Assembly (NCBI GenBank): GCA_037442605.1
Contig: JBBIPY010000003.1
Span: 1 to 35,736, forward strand
Length of the DNA stretch: 35,736 nucleotides
DNA from: Candidatus Omnitrophota bacterium
GTDB taxonomy: Bacteria > Omnitrophota > Gorgyraeia > DTHP01
Reading direction: 5' to 3'
How positions within the stretch are numbered: position 1 is the stretch's first letter; each line of letters begins with the position of its first letter. This document shows, one piece after another, positions 17,749-24,915 of the stretch. Position numbers and translations under genes: made by a program. Under the pieces are notes generated by a model. That model did not search any database. It was given only the letters and a program-made list of their open reading frames with translations, and had not been told where the DNA came from.

Positions 17749-17877
17749 ATTTTATCAAAAATCAAAAAGCTATTTACCATTTGCTATCCCGAATGAAGTT
17801 GCTTCTTAAGAGACGCTTCGGGATCCCGATGTTTTTCTTCGCAGTAGTACTACTTTCGGGATTTGCCATTTGCCATT
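17749..17877. repeat. Structured intergenic insert inside the minor-pilin gene string, flanked by CCATTTG heptamer motifs
   Basis: tatttaCCATTTGctatCCCGAA...TTCGGGAtCCCGA...TCGGGatttgCCATTTGCCATTc. There are several CCCGA/TCGGG stems. Confidence 0.6.
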
Positions 17878-18387
17878 CTACCAGCTTATATTTCCGGTTT
17901 CTGGACTGATGATTACGTTCTTTGAGTTTGTTCCGCATACCAGGTTTATGCTCCCCCCCGAAAACAATAGATTATAGTTGCCGTCATAAGGCCTGCCCAA
18001 AGCATCAAAGACAATTCCCGATGTAGAATTGATATTTACCGTATTTATGGTTACTCCGCTTATCTCCGGTTCAGTATCGTAGTCTACAATGTAATCATTT
18101 GGGCGATTATTAGGGTCTTTTATCTTAGTGGCGGGGGTACCCCGGAATAGAAAATAGAGGTTATTGGCAGTATCAAAACGTACCCCGTGGAATACCTGTG
18201 TAGTAATAGCTAATTGTTGGGCATAGGCAATATCAGCAGACATTTTACTTGCAGATGCGGCTACCTTTATATTGTCAAAGGTTACAAACTTGACCATGGT
18301 CGTTACCGATAAAATCGCAAGCAGAACCAATATTATCACTAATTCAATAAGGGTTATGCCTTTTGAGCGTCTTTGGCTTTTAAACAT
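17878..18387 (-). CDS. Minor pseudopilin (FimT/GspH-like)
   Basis: MFKSQRRSKG|ITLIELVIILVLLAILSV. 169 aa. First pseudopilin gene of the string. Confidence 0.7.
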   Translation of the reverse strand: MFKSQRRSKGITLIELVIILVLLAILSVTTMVKFVTFDNIKVAASASKMSADIAYAQQLAITTQVFHGVRFDTANNLYFLFRGTPATKIKDPNNRPNDYIVDYDTEPEISGVTINTVNINSTSGIVFDALGRPYDGNYNLLFSGGSINLVCGTNSKNVIISPETGNISW

Positions 18388-18434
18388 TTTATTGTAGTTA
18401 ACGTAAAAGAAACCCTAGGCTTTCTCAGCAAGAA

Positions 18435-18944
18435 CTATTGTAAGTGAAGGACGAGTTCTTCACCTTTATAGCTTAGTTTAACGCTATAAGGTTGTATGTC
18501 CAGAATTCTGGCTTCGCCAATCTGCGAACCCAGACCGACCATTTTCCCATTTATTATCGCCAGCGGCTTGGTGCTATCGAATAATATTCCCGAGAGCAGG
18601 AATTCTTGGCCCTCTTGTTTATGTCCTGGTACCTCTGCCAGTGTAGCCGTCGCTGGCCTGCTGCTGGTCGGGATTAGCTCTTCTTTATCATGAACCGAGC
18701 CTCTTAACTTCGCAAAGAGATCATCGGGGGGGAAGGATAATTTCTTGGTTATGATGAAAAACACAATCCCGCTGACGGCTAAAATTAACATTAGAGAAAA
18801 AATAACCTTTTGTCCTTTCTTTGATTTTTTCGCTGTTTTTGTTACGCCCTGCAACGGCAGCATTGAAGAAGGGTCAACCTTTGATTTTGTGGACAATCTT
18901 TTTTCTTCTTGTGCCTTTTTCAAGGCATCGCTGATTATACTCAT
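18435..18944 (-). CDS. gspB: GspB/ExeB-like secretion/pilus accessory protein
   Basis: N-terminus MSIISDALKKAQEEKR resembles the GspB family N-terminus as I recall it. One TM segment. Conserved C-terminal domain LLSGILFDSTKPLAIINGKMVGLG... The start overlaps the exeA-like stop (ATGA). Confidence 0.6.
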   Translation of the reverse strand: MSIISDALKKAQEEKRLSTKSKVDPSSMLPLQGVTKTAKKSKKGQKVIFSLMLILAVSGIVFFIITKKLSFPPDDLFAKLRGSVHDKEELIPTSSRPATATLAEVPGHKQEGQEFLLSGILFDSTKPLAIINGKMVGLGSQIGEARILDIQPYSVKLSYKGEELVLHLQ

Positions 18945-19753
18945 GCTATAATCCCTTCTAATTCGTCTATAGCTTTTTTGACGATTTCGGCAGCTATGTT
19001 GTTTGTTTCACGACTATAGGCGCAGAGCAATGTCTTATCACAGAGGGCGTTAATTAAGCGGGGGACACCTTGGCTGTAGCAATATATTTGTTCCAGCGCC
19101 TGAGGTTCAAAATTTACCGATTCTTCGTTTCCCGCTACTTTTAAGCGATGTCTGATATATAAAGGAACCTCTTCTTTTTCTAAAGGTTGAATATGGTAAC
19201 GCACGGTAATGCGCTGGCGTAGTTGCCTCAATTCTGGGGAGTTAAGTTTTTCTTTTAATTCAGGTTGACCCACCAGGATAATCTGAAATAATTTCTCTTT
19301 TTCCGTCTCTAAATTAGAGAGAAGTCTTAGGTGTTCCAGATGGAGTGGTTTAATATTCTGTGCCTCGTCGATTATCAATATGCAGTTGTTGCCTTTTGCC
19401 AGTTCATCAAGCAGAAATCGGTTGAGTGCCTTGACCATACTCAGACGGCTGCGTCTTGTGATGGGGATATGGAAGTCCTCCAAGATGTTTTCTAAGAGTT
19501 GAAGTTCCGAAAGGGCAGGATTGAGAATAAGAGCAGTTTTTGTAGAGGAGTTAAGGCTGTTTAAGAGGACACGGCAGATAGTGGTTTTACCGGTTCCTAT
19601 CTCGCCCGTAATCTGAATAAATCCTTTACGCGATTCTATGCCGTAGCGCAGATGGTTTAGCGCCTCTGTGTGTCGGTGACTTAAAAATAAATAAGCAGGG
19701 TCGGGGGTAACGTTGAAGGGGTTCTCCTTCCATTTAAAATATTCTGTATACAT
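18941..19753 (-). CDS. gspA: ExeA/GspA/MshM-like AAA ATPase
   Basis: Walker A GEIGTGKTT, Walker B LILIIDEAQN, family-typical N-terminus FKWKENPFNVTPDPAYLFLSHRHTEAL. First gene of the operon. Confidence 0.8.
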   Translation of the reverse strand: MYTEYFKWKENPFNVTPDPAYLFLSHRHTEALNHLRYGIESRKGFIQITGEIGTGKTTICRVLLNSLNSSTKTALILNPALSELQLLENILEDFHIPITRRSRLSMVKALNRFLLDELAKGNNCILIIDEAQNIKPLHLEHLRLLSNLETEKEKLFQIILVGQPELKEKLNSPELRQLRQRITVRYHIQPLEKEEVPLYIRHRLKVAGNEESVNFEPQALEQIYCYSQGVPRLINALCDKTLLCAYSRETNNIAAEIVKKAIDELEGIIA

Positions 19754-19807
19754 GGTATCTTTTTAGTCCCCTCTGCGAATCTGAAGGCCTATGATTTCTT
19801 GCATAGA

Positions 19808-19836
19808 ATTATATAATATTTCCCTATCTACTTCAA
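19808..19836 (-). promoter_or_regulatory. Candidate sigma70 promoter of the pilus operon
   Basis: The minus strand reads TTGAAG (19836-19831), 17-nt spacer, TATAAT (19813-19808), about 55 nt upstream of the exeA-like ATG. Confidence 0.5.
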
Positions 19837-19843
19837 GCAAATA

Positions 19844-21259
19844 AAACATCGGGTTAAACATGCACGAGTTGAGAGAGAGGGGGGAGGGATTTGCCCTTGT
19901 ACTTCAGGTATTGGGTCAGCAGGCGATGTTTATATAGATGAAACAAGTGGGGATTTAAACACCTCCCAGATTATCACCTTAAGCACTGCAGGAGCTTCAA
20001 CCCAGACTGTTCAGATAAGAAACACTTCAGGGGTAGTTAATGTTAATTCGGGTACCTTAAATGCTGGCAACGATAATCTTACTCTAGCAGCTACTAATGT
20101 TGCCGGTCGAAATATCAACTTTACCGGCGGCGCGCTCACTACAACAGGCAATATAACCTTAAATTCTACAGGAGCGATAAGCGATGACAATGCGACGAAT
20201 GATATTACTGCAGCTACGCTTAGCCTGTCTGCGGTAAGCGGTATTGGCACAAGTTCCAATCTCTTGGATACCACAGTTACTACCTTAAACGCGGCAACCA
20301 CAGGAGCGGGCGCAGGGATATATATCAACGAGACGGATAATCTCGTAGTGGACGTAGTCACGGCAGGGCCAGCCGGCAACCGCGGCGATGTGGTGATTAC
20401 TGCCGGCGGCTGGATTAGAGACCTTGAGGAAGCAAATACGATTTATGCAAACACCTTAAGCCTGGTTGCAGTTACTGGCATCGGGACAAGCGGGAATTAC
20501 TTAAATACAGCGGTGGATAATTTATCTGCCGAGACTACAGGTGAAGGAGCGGATATCTATATTGAGGAATTAGATGGCATTGATATAGATGAATTGACCG
20601 CAACCGGTTCGGCAACCATAACTGCCAATGGTTCAAGTGTTTTAGGTTCAATTACCACGGGTGGAAATTTTAACTTTACTACTTCCACCGGGGCAATATC
20701 TGTGCTTAGCGGAACTATCGAGTCCTTAACCGGAGGAGTTAATCTTAGCGCCCTGGGTGGCTCAATCCTGGCCTTAGGTCCGGGACCGCATCTGATTGCC
20801 AGCGCGGATTCTCTGCTTCAGGCAGGAGGAGTTATTGCCAACTTAGTTCAACCGCTGGATGTTCTTCTCTCCGCAGGAAATCTTAGCGTAGATATCGGCA
20901 ATGCTATTGGCGGGGTAAGCGGTGTGCTTACGGGAACAACTCCCTCGGGAACATTGGTAGTCAGGAACCTGCCTCCGGGCATTGTCTATTTTAACGCTAC
21001 TCAGATATATCCCCCTGCCGGCGCAGGAGGGCCTTCCCCCGAGCTCATCTCTCAGAGCTCCTATCTATTGTTCTGGAGAATGATTCTGCCGATGCTGGAG
21101 AATTTAGCCCGTTACAATAATCCCTTTACTCCGGGAGGTCCGGTGTTCTTCTACCATCCCCTGACTGATGTGGACTGGTCGGCATTTGACCAGTTTGTCT
21201 TAGAAGAAGGCGCTTATGAGTTTATTGAGGAGGAAATTCGCAGAAGGAGCGGTAGATAA
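19844..21259 (+). pseudogene. Repeat-rich beta-helix/adhesin-like ORF lacking an in-frame start codon (ORF track begins it at TTG 20264)
   Basis: The frame is open from the TAA at 19841-19843. Repeat units such as TLSLSAVSGIGTSSNLLDTTVTTLNAATTGAGAGIYINETD and TLSLVAVTGIGTSGNYLNTAVDNLSAETTGEGADIYIEELD continue upstream of 20264. No ATG/GTG/TTG occurs in frame between 19844 and 20263. Confidence 0.55.
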
Positions 21260-21261
21260 TA

Positions 21262-21301
21262 CACGAATTACCACGAATTTTATTCGAATTACCACGAATT
21301 A
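21262..21301. repeat. CACGAATT short tandem motif (4 copies, ~10-11-nt period)
   Basis: cacgaattaccacgaattttattcgaattaccacgaatt. Related cacgaat/attcgtg motifs occur at about 3400, 23538, 23602, 24213 and 27800. Confidence 0.7.
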
Positions 21302-21306
21302 ATGAA

Positions 21307-21336
21307 GGGGGCGGAGAAATTCGCCCCCCTTTTTTA
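21307..21336 (+). terminator. Rho-independent terminator, member 1 of a reused hairpin family
   Basis: GGGGGCGgagaaattCGCCCCCcTTTTTTaTTTTT. Confidence 0.75.
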
Positions 21337-21371
21337 TTTTTACACGGCCGAGCCGTCTCCCAAAATAAAAC

Positions 21372-21401
21372 TTGACAAGACAAGACTTGTCATGATATAC
21401 T
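21372..21401 (+). promoter_or_regulatory. Sigma70 promoter with an overlapping palindromic operator for the RHH-doc cassette
   Basis: TTGACA (21372-21377), 18-nt spacer, TGaTATACT extended -10 (TATACT 21396-21401). Inverted repeat TGACAAG (21373-21379) / CTTGTCA (21386-21392). Confidence 0.6.
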
Positions 21402-21421
21402 TCAATATGGAGGTGATAGCA

Positions 21422-21646
21422 ATGTCCACAGTTCAATATTCTACTAAGCTCACACCAGAGCAAGTAAAGACTTTACAGGATATCTCAGAGAAGACCCATA
21501 TTCCTCAAGCTGTATTAGTCAGACAGGCAATAGACATACTCATCAAAACGTTAGGTAAAAGAACTGTCTCTCGAGGTTTCCTTAGTCTCGTAAAGAAAAA
21601 GGTCAAGGAGGATAAAGAGCTTCTCAAGAGGTTAGCCACTTCATGA
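21422..21646 (+). CDS. Ribbon-helix-helix (CopG-like) antitoxin
   Basis: MSTVQYSTKLTPEQVKTLQDISEKTHIPQAVLVRQAIDILI. GGAGGTG lies 7 nt upstream of ATG 21422. The stop overlaps the doc start (ATGA). The ORF-track start at 21302 would run through the terminator and promoter. Confidence 0.7.
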   Translation: MSTVQYSTKLTPEQVKTLQDISEKTHIPQAVLVRQAIDILIKTLGKRTVSRGFLSLVKKKVKEDKELLKRLATS

Positions 21647-22028
21647 ATTATCTCAACATAAATCAGGTCTTAGCTATTCACAATGAGGTAATAGAGCAGA
21701 TAGGTGGATTGCAAGGGATAAGAGATATGGGGCTACTTGAGTCTGCTGTAGCCAGACCCAGGCTACCTTTGGAGGAGAAGATCTTTATCCCGATATTTTT
21801 TCAAAGGCAGCTTGCCTTGGACATTCTCTTATCCTAAATCATCCCTTCATTGATGGAAATAAGCGCACCGGCTATATGGCCATGAGGATCTTTTTGAATA
21901 TTAACGATTATGAAATTAAAGCCCCACTGGAAGAGAGATATAAATTTGTGGTGGAAATAGCTGATAAGACAAGGAAAGAGAAATCTATATCTGAGTGGTT
22001 AAAAGAACATAGCCAAAAGATGAAATAA
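21643..22028 (+). pseudogene. doc: Doc (Fic-fold) toxin gene interrupted by a 1-nt frameshift
   Basis: Frame 1 gives MNYLNINQVLAIHNEVIEQIGGLQGIRDMGLLESAVARP. Frame 0 continues with FGGEDLYPDIFSKAACLGHSLILNHPFIDGNKRTGYMAMRIF...KMK*. The switch is at the CCC run 21757-21759. Confidence 0.8.
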
Positions 22029-22047
22029 ACCCACTACTAAAGATGAA

Positions 22048-22076
22048 GGGGGGCGAAGAAATTCGCCCCTTTTTTA
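22048..22076 (+). terminator. Rho-independent terminator, member 2 of the reused hairpin family
   Basis: GGGGGGCGaagaaattCGCCCCTTTTTTat. Confidence 0.75.
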
Positions 22077-22079
22077 TCC

Positions 22080-22108
22080 TTGACATTGTTCCTTAGCCGG
22101 GCTATACT
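22080..22108 (+). promoter_or_regulatory. Sigma70 promoter of the second TA cassette
   Basis: TTGACA (22080-22085), 17-nt spacer, TATACT (22103-22108). Confidence 0.6.
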
Positions 22109-22115
22109 TTATATA

Positions 22116-22142
22116 GAAGTAAGAATGTAAGGAAGTAAGAAT
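22116..22142 (+). promoter_or_regulatory. Direct-repeat candidate operator (GAAGTAAGAAT x2)
   Basis: GAAGTAAGAAT at 22116-22126 and 22132-22142, between the -10 element and the RBS AAGGAGGTG. Confidence 0.45.
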
Positions 22143-22160
22143 AGAAGGAGGTGTGCGAAG

Positions 22161-22424
22161 ATGACCATAGTTGAAACTGCCAAACTTACATCGAAGGGGC
22201 AGGTTACCATTCCTAATCGCATTAGAAAGATTCTGCATTTAGAGGCAGGCGCCTCGATAGCCTTCGGGATAAGTAAGCAAGGCATAACCATGCTTCCCTG
22301 CAGAGTAACTGTTAAGTCGCCGTACTCTCCTCAGGAATGGGAGAAAATTGAAAGATTAGCTTCTGCAAAAGGGAAAGTTTATAAAAGCGTCAAAAAAGCC
22401 AGGAAACATATTGAGGCTTTATGA
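22161..22424 (+). CDS. AbrB/SpoVT/MazE-fold antitoxin
   Basis: N-terminus TAKLTSKGQVTIPNRIRKILHLEAGASIAF is a swapped-hairpin beta-barrel signature. The stop overlaps the next ATG (ATGA). Confidence 0.75.
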   Translation: MTIVETAKLTSKGQVTIPNRIRKILHLEAGASIAFGISKQGITMLPCRVTVKSPYSPQEWEKIERLASAKGKVYKSVKKARKHIEAL

Positions 22425-22699
22425 GATTTGAATTTAAGCCCTCTTTTGATAGGTCCATTAAATTTTTTTCCAGCCCAGAGAAAGAAGAATTAAAGAGAAT
22501 TGCTATTCAGACGATTGATATATTATCTCGCGATAGAATAGTACATAAAGGAATAGGTTTAAAGCGCCTCCAAGAAAATTTTTAGGAGATTCGCAAGGGA
22601 CTTAAAGCAAGAATTCTCTTCAAATGGGAGGGAGATTTAGTGGAGTTTGTTCTTGCTGGTGACCATGATGATATTAAACGCTATTTGAGAAATATTTAA
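22421..22699 (+). pseudogene. RelE/ParE-superfamily toxin gene with an in-frame TAG
   Basis: MRFEFKPSFDRSIKFFSSPEKEELKRIAIQTIDILS...LKRLQENF*EIRKGLKARILFKWEGDLVEFVLAGDHDDIKRYLRNI*. The TAG at 22583-22585 sits where family members usually have Trp (TGG). Confidence 0.65.
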
Positions 22700-22730
22700 A
22701 TTTAATACCCCCCATTACGCATAAGTAGAA

Positions 22731-22765
22731 GGGGGCGAGAAAATTCGCCCCTGTTTATTTTTCTC
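22731..22765 (+). terminator. Rho-independent terminator, member 3 of the reused hairpin family
   Basis: GGGGGCGagaaaattCGCCCCtgTTTaTTTTT. Confidence 0.7.
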
Positions 22766-22779
22766 CTGCCCTTTTTGCG

Positions 22780-22808
22780 TTGACACAGCCTGTAACGTCT
22801 GGTATATT
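22780..22808 (+). promoter_or_regulatory. Sigma70 promoter upstream of the lipoprotein gene (about 160-nt leader)
   Basis: TTGACA (22780-22785), 17-nt spacer, TATATT (22803-22808). Confidence 0.55.
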
Positions 22809-22970
22809 AAATATCACAAAACTATATGGCTACCGTATCCGAGATAAGGCATAATCATTTCAGGCGTTCCGGAAATTCCGCTAAAAGTACTTAAATCGCT
22901 TGCCAGAGGAAGGCGAAGTGAGAAGAAATAGTTTTGAGCAACCCACACTTATTATAGGGGAGGTGTAAAA

Positions 22971-23537
22971 ATGAAGCAAAATTATATCCTTATCAGCATC
23001 GGTCTGGGTGTTCTGTTAGTCATCTATGGCTGTGAGCAGAAAACGAAGTCAATAAAACTGGCAATCAAGGTGAATGATTTTCAGATGTCCGCCCAGGAAT
23101 TTGAACAAGAATTCAAAGAGGCGCCGGCGAGCCTCCTGGGACCGGAGAATCAAAAAGAGAAGTTCCTGGAGAATCTGGTGAGCCGGAAATTAATCCTGCA
23201 GGAGGCAGAGCGCCTGGGCATGAATCGCGAGAAGGACTTTCTTAAGGCAATTGAACGGTTCTACGAGCAGAGCTTATTGAAGCTCGTGGTTGATAAGAAA
23301 AGCAACGAATTTGCTTCTAAGACCCAGGTTAACGACCGTGAGATCGAAACCTATTATAACGAGATGAAAGAAAGAGGGTTGGTTGAGAAACCCCTATCCG
23401 AGGTCTATAAAGAAATTAAATGGCAGCTCTTGCGCCAGAAACAGGCCCGGGCTTTTGAGATATGGGTGGAGGGGCTGCGTCAGAAAGCCCGTATTGAGAT
23501 AAATAAAAAGACCCTGGGTATAGAGGGCACAAATTAA
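22971..23537 (+). CDS. Lipoprotein with a SurA-N/PpiD-like chaperone domain (no PPIase domain)
   Basis: Lipobox-like LLVIYG|C. NLVSRKLILQEAERLGMNREKDF...EQSLLKLVV resembles the N-terminal chaperone module of SurA/PrsA-type proteins. RBS GGGGAGGTG. Confidence 0.55.
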   Translation: MKQNYILISIGLGVLLVIYGCEQKTKSIKLAIKVNDFQMSAQEFEQEFKEAPASLLGPENQKEKFLENLVSRKLILQEAERLGMNREKDFLKAIERFYEQSLLKLVVDKKSNEFASKTQVNDREIETYYNEMKERGLVEKPLSEVYKEIKWQLLRQKQARAFEIWVEGLRQKARIEINKKTLGIEGTN

Positions 23538-23612
23538 CACGAATTTCACACAAATAGACACAAATCTAAAATTTGTGACAATTAGTGTGTAATTTGTGAC
23601 AATTCGTGTAAA
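23536..23612. repeat. Long imperfect intergenic hairpin built from ACAAAT/ATTTGT and ACACGAATT/AATTCGTGT units
   Basis: aACACGAATTtCACACAAATagaCACAAATctaaaATTTGTGacaattagtgtgtaATTTGTGacAATTCGTGTaa. Confidence 0.7.
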
Positions 23613-23625
23613 TAAGGAGGAGAAA

Positions 23626-24210
23626 ATGGATATCAAGAAGGTAAACAGGAGGCGGATTTATTTTATTGAGAAGAGGTTTCAGGCAAGATTCATCGTTAAG
23701 TTTTGTCTCCTGGTTATTTTAGGCGCTATGGTAACGGGTGCCCTGCTTTATTTATTAAGTGTGGGTTCAACCACGGTTACCTTTGAGAATCTGCGGGCAA
23801 AGGTTTTTACCACCGCGGATTTCCTTTTTCCGCTGTTAATTCAGACCCTTCTCGTGGCTACGGTAGTTGTGGGTCTTGCCACCATAATCTTGACCCTGTT
23901 TATTTCACATAAAATCGCCGGGCCTTTATATCGCTTCAAGAAAGAACTGGGTTCAGTTGAATCGGGCGACCTGAGTCGGAATTTTAATATCCGCAAGAAT
24001 GACCAGTTGCAGGATTTGGCTGTAAGTATGAACAATATGATCAATAAATTAAGGGATAATCTTTCAGAATTAAAGAAAAAATATTCTATCCTCAAGACCT
24101 CCTGGGATAAATCTATAAGACCAACTATTTCCCATGATAGCAAGACGGTTGAGGATATAGAGAAGACCATCGAGGAAATCAGTCAGAAACTGGAGTATTT
24201 CAGAACCTGA
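23626..24210 (+). CDS. Two-TM membrane protein with a HAMP domain and short coiled coil, no output domain
   Basis: Start at ATG 23626 after AAGGAGGAG. Two TM segments. HAMP-like SHKIAGPLYRFKKELGSVESGDLSRNFNIRKNDQLQDLAVSMNNMINKL. Confidence 0.65.
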   Translation: MDIKKVNRRRIYFIEKRFQARFIVKFCLLVILGAMVTGALLYLLSVGSTTVTFENLRAKVFTTADFLFPLLIQTLLVATVVVGLATIILTLFISHKIAGPLYRFKKELGSVESGDLSRNFNIRKNDQLQDLAVSMNNMINKLRDNLSELKKKYSILKTSWDKSIRPTISHDSKTVEDIEKTIEEISQKLEYFRT

Positions 24211-24282
24211 GACACGAATCCCGCGCGAACAGCCGCGAATTATTTAATTTGACAAATAGAGTTCAACTTAAAGTGTAAAGTT

Positions 24283-24825
24283 ATGAGGGGATGGCAGAAA
24301 AAAGCGGTTTTTTTTGCCTTTTTTTTATCGGCGACGAGCGTTATTTCTGCTCAAGAGAGAAGAATCGATGGGACTTATTTTAGCATCTATTATCAGACCG
24401 GCCTTGACCCCTTAGAGATAGCCCGTCAACTTGACTTTTCCTCCCCCCATCTCCTGACAGGGGTTTACAGCAGTAATCCCGAGAGCACCTTAGCTAAAAC
24501 AGTGGATGCCCTTTTTTTAGAGGTTTCAGATATTTTAGATATCCATCTGTATAGTTTTAAAGGCAACCTAAGAATATTTCGTGACTTCCAGGCATTAAAT
24601 GCCGCCTTCTACGGGTTATATCGCCAGAGCCTGAAGACTTCATCTTTCTATGTTTACGATACAAATACGATTTATATTGCTGCGGATAATCTAAGGGTAG
24701 GCATTCTGGGGCATGAGATGGCCCACGCCATTATAAACCATTATTTTGTCGTTTCCCCTCCCGTGAAGGTCCAGGAGGTCCTTGCCGGTTATGTGGAATA
24801 TATACTTAACAAAAAAGCCAAGTAG
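24283..24825 (+). CDS. Exported HExxH-motif protein (putative small zinc metallopeptidase)
   Basis: Signal peptide MRGWQKKAVFFAFFLSATSVISA|QE. Motif GILGHEMAHAIINHY. Confidence 0.5.
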   Translation: MRGWQKKAVFFAFFLSATSVISAQERRIDGTYFSIYYQTGLDPLEIARQLDFSSPHLLTGVYSSNPESTLAKTVDALFLEVSDILDIHLYSFKGNLRIFRDFQALNAAFYGLYRQSLKTSSFYVYDTNTIYIAADNLRVGILGHEMAHAIINHYFVVSPPVKVQEVLAGYVEYILNKKAK

Positions 24826-24826
24826 C

Positions 24827-24848
24827 AAAAGGGGTCAGACCCCTTTTT
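24827..24848 (+). terminator. Rho-independent terminator
   Basis: aaaaGGGGtcagaCCCCTTTTT immediately after the stop codon. Confidence 0.7.
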
Positions 24849-24915
24849 GGGAATAGATAGGCATAGATGGGAATAAAGAAGCGTTTGGCTTTCTTTTGGA
24901 AGGAGATTATAAGAT

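Noticed and set aside
20011-20379. 122-aa ORF on the minus strand
   Set aside because: It lies antisense to the repeat-rich adhesin-like frame. The composition (A/V/P/L-rich) mirrors the sense-strand T/G/A/N repeats. There is no RBS or promoter. It is a typical shadow ORF.
21302-21421. Upstream extension of the RHH antitoxin ORF (track start 21302)
   Set aside because: The extension would be translated through a terminator hairpin and the TTGACA/TATACT promoter. ATG 21422 has a consensus RBS.
22583-22585. Stop-codon reassignment (TAG read as sense) to explain the interrupted RelE-like gene
   Set aside because: TAG terminates well-defined genes in this window, for example the GAF kinase at 4764-4766 and topA at 30967-30969. 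TGA and TAA also behave as stops. A point mutation is the simpler explanation.
22828-22896. Possible 22-codon leader peptide (MATVSEIRHNHFRRSGNSAKST) in the long leader of the lipoprotein gene
   Set aside because: It has no Shine-Dalgarno sequence and no conservation evidence. It is too short to support from sequence alone.
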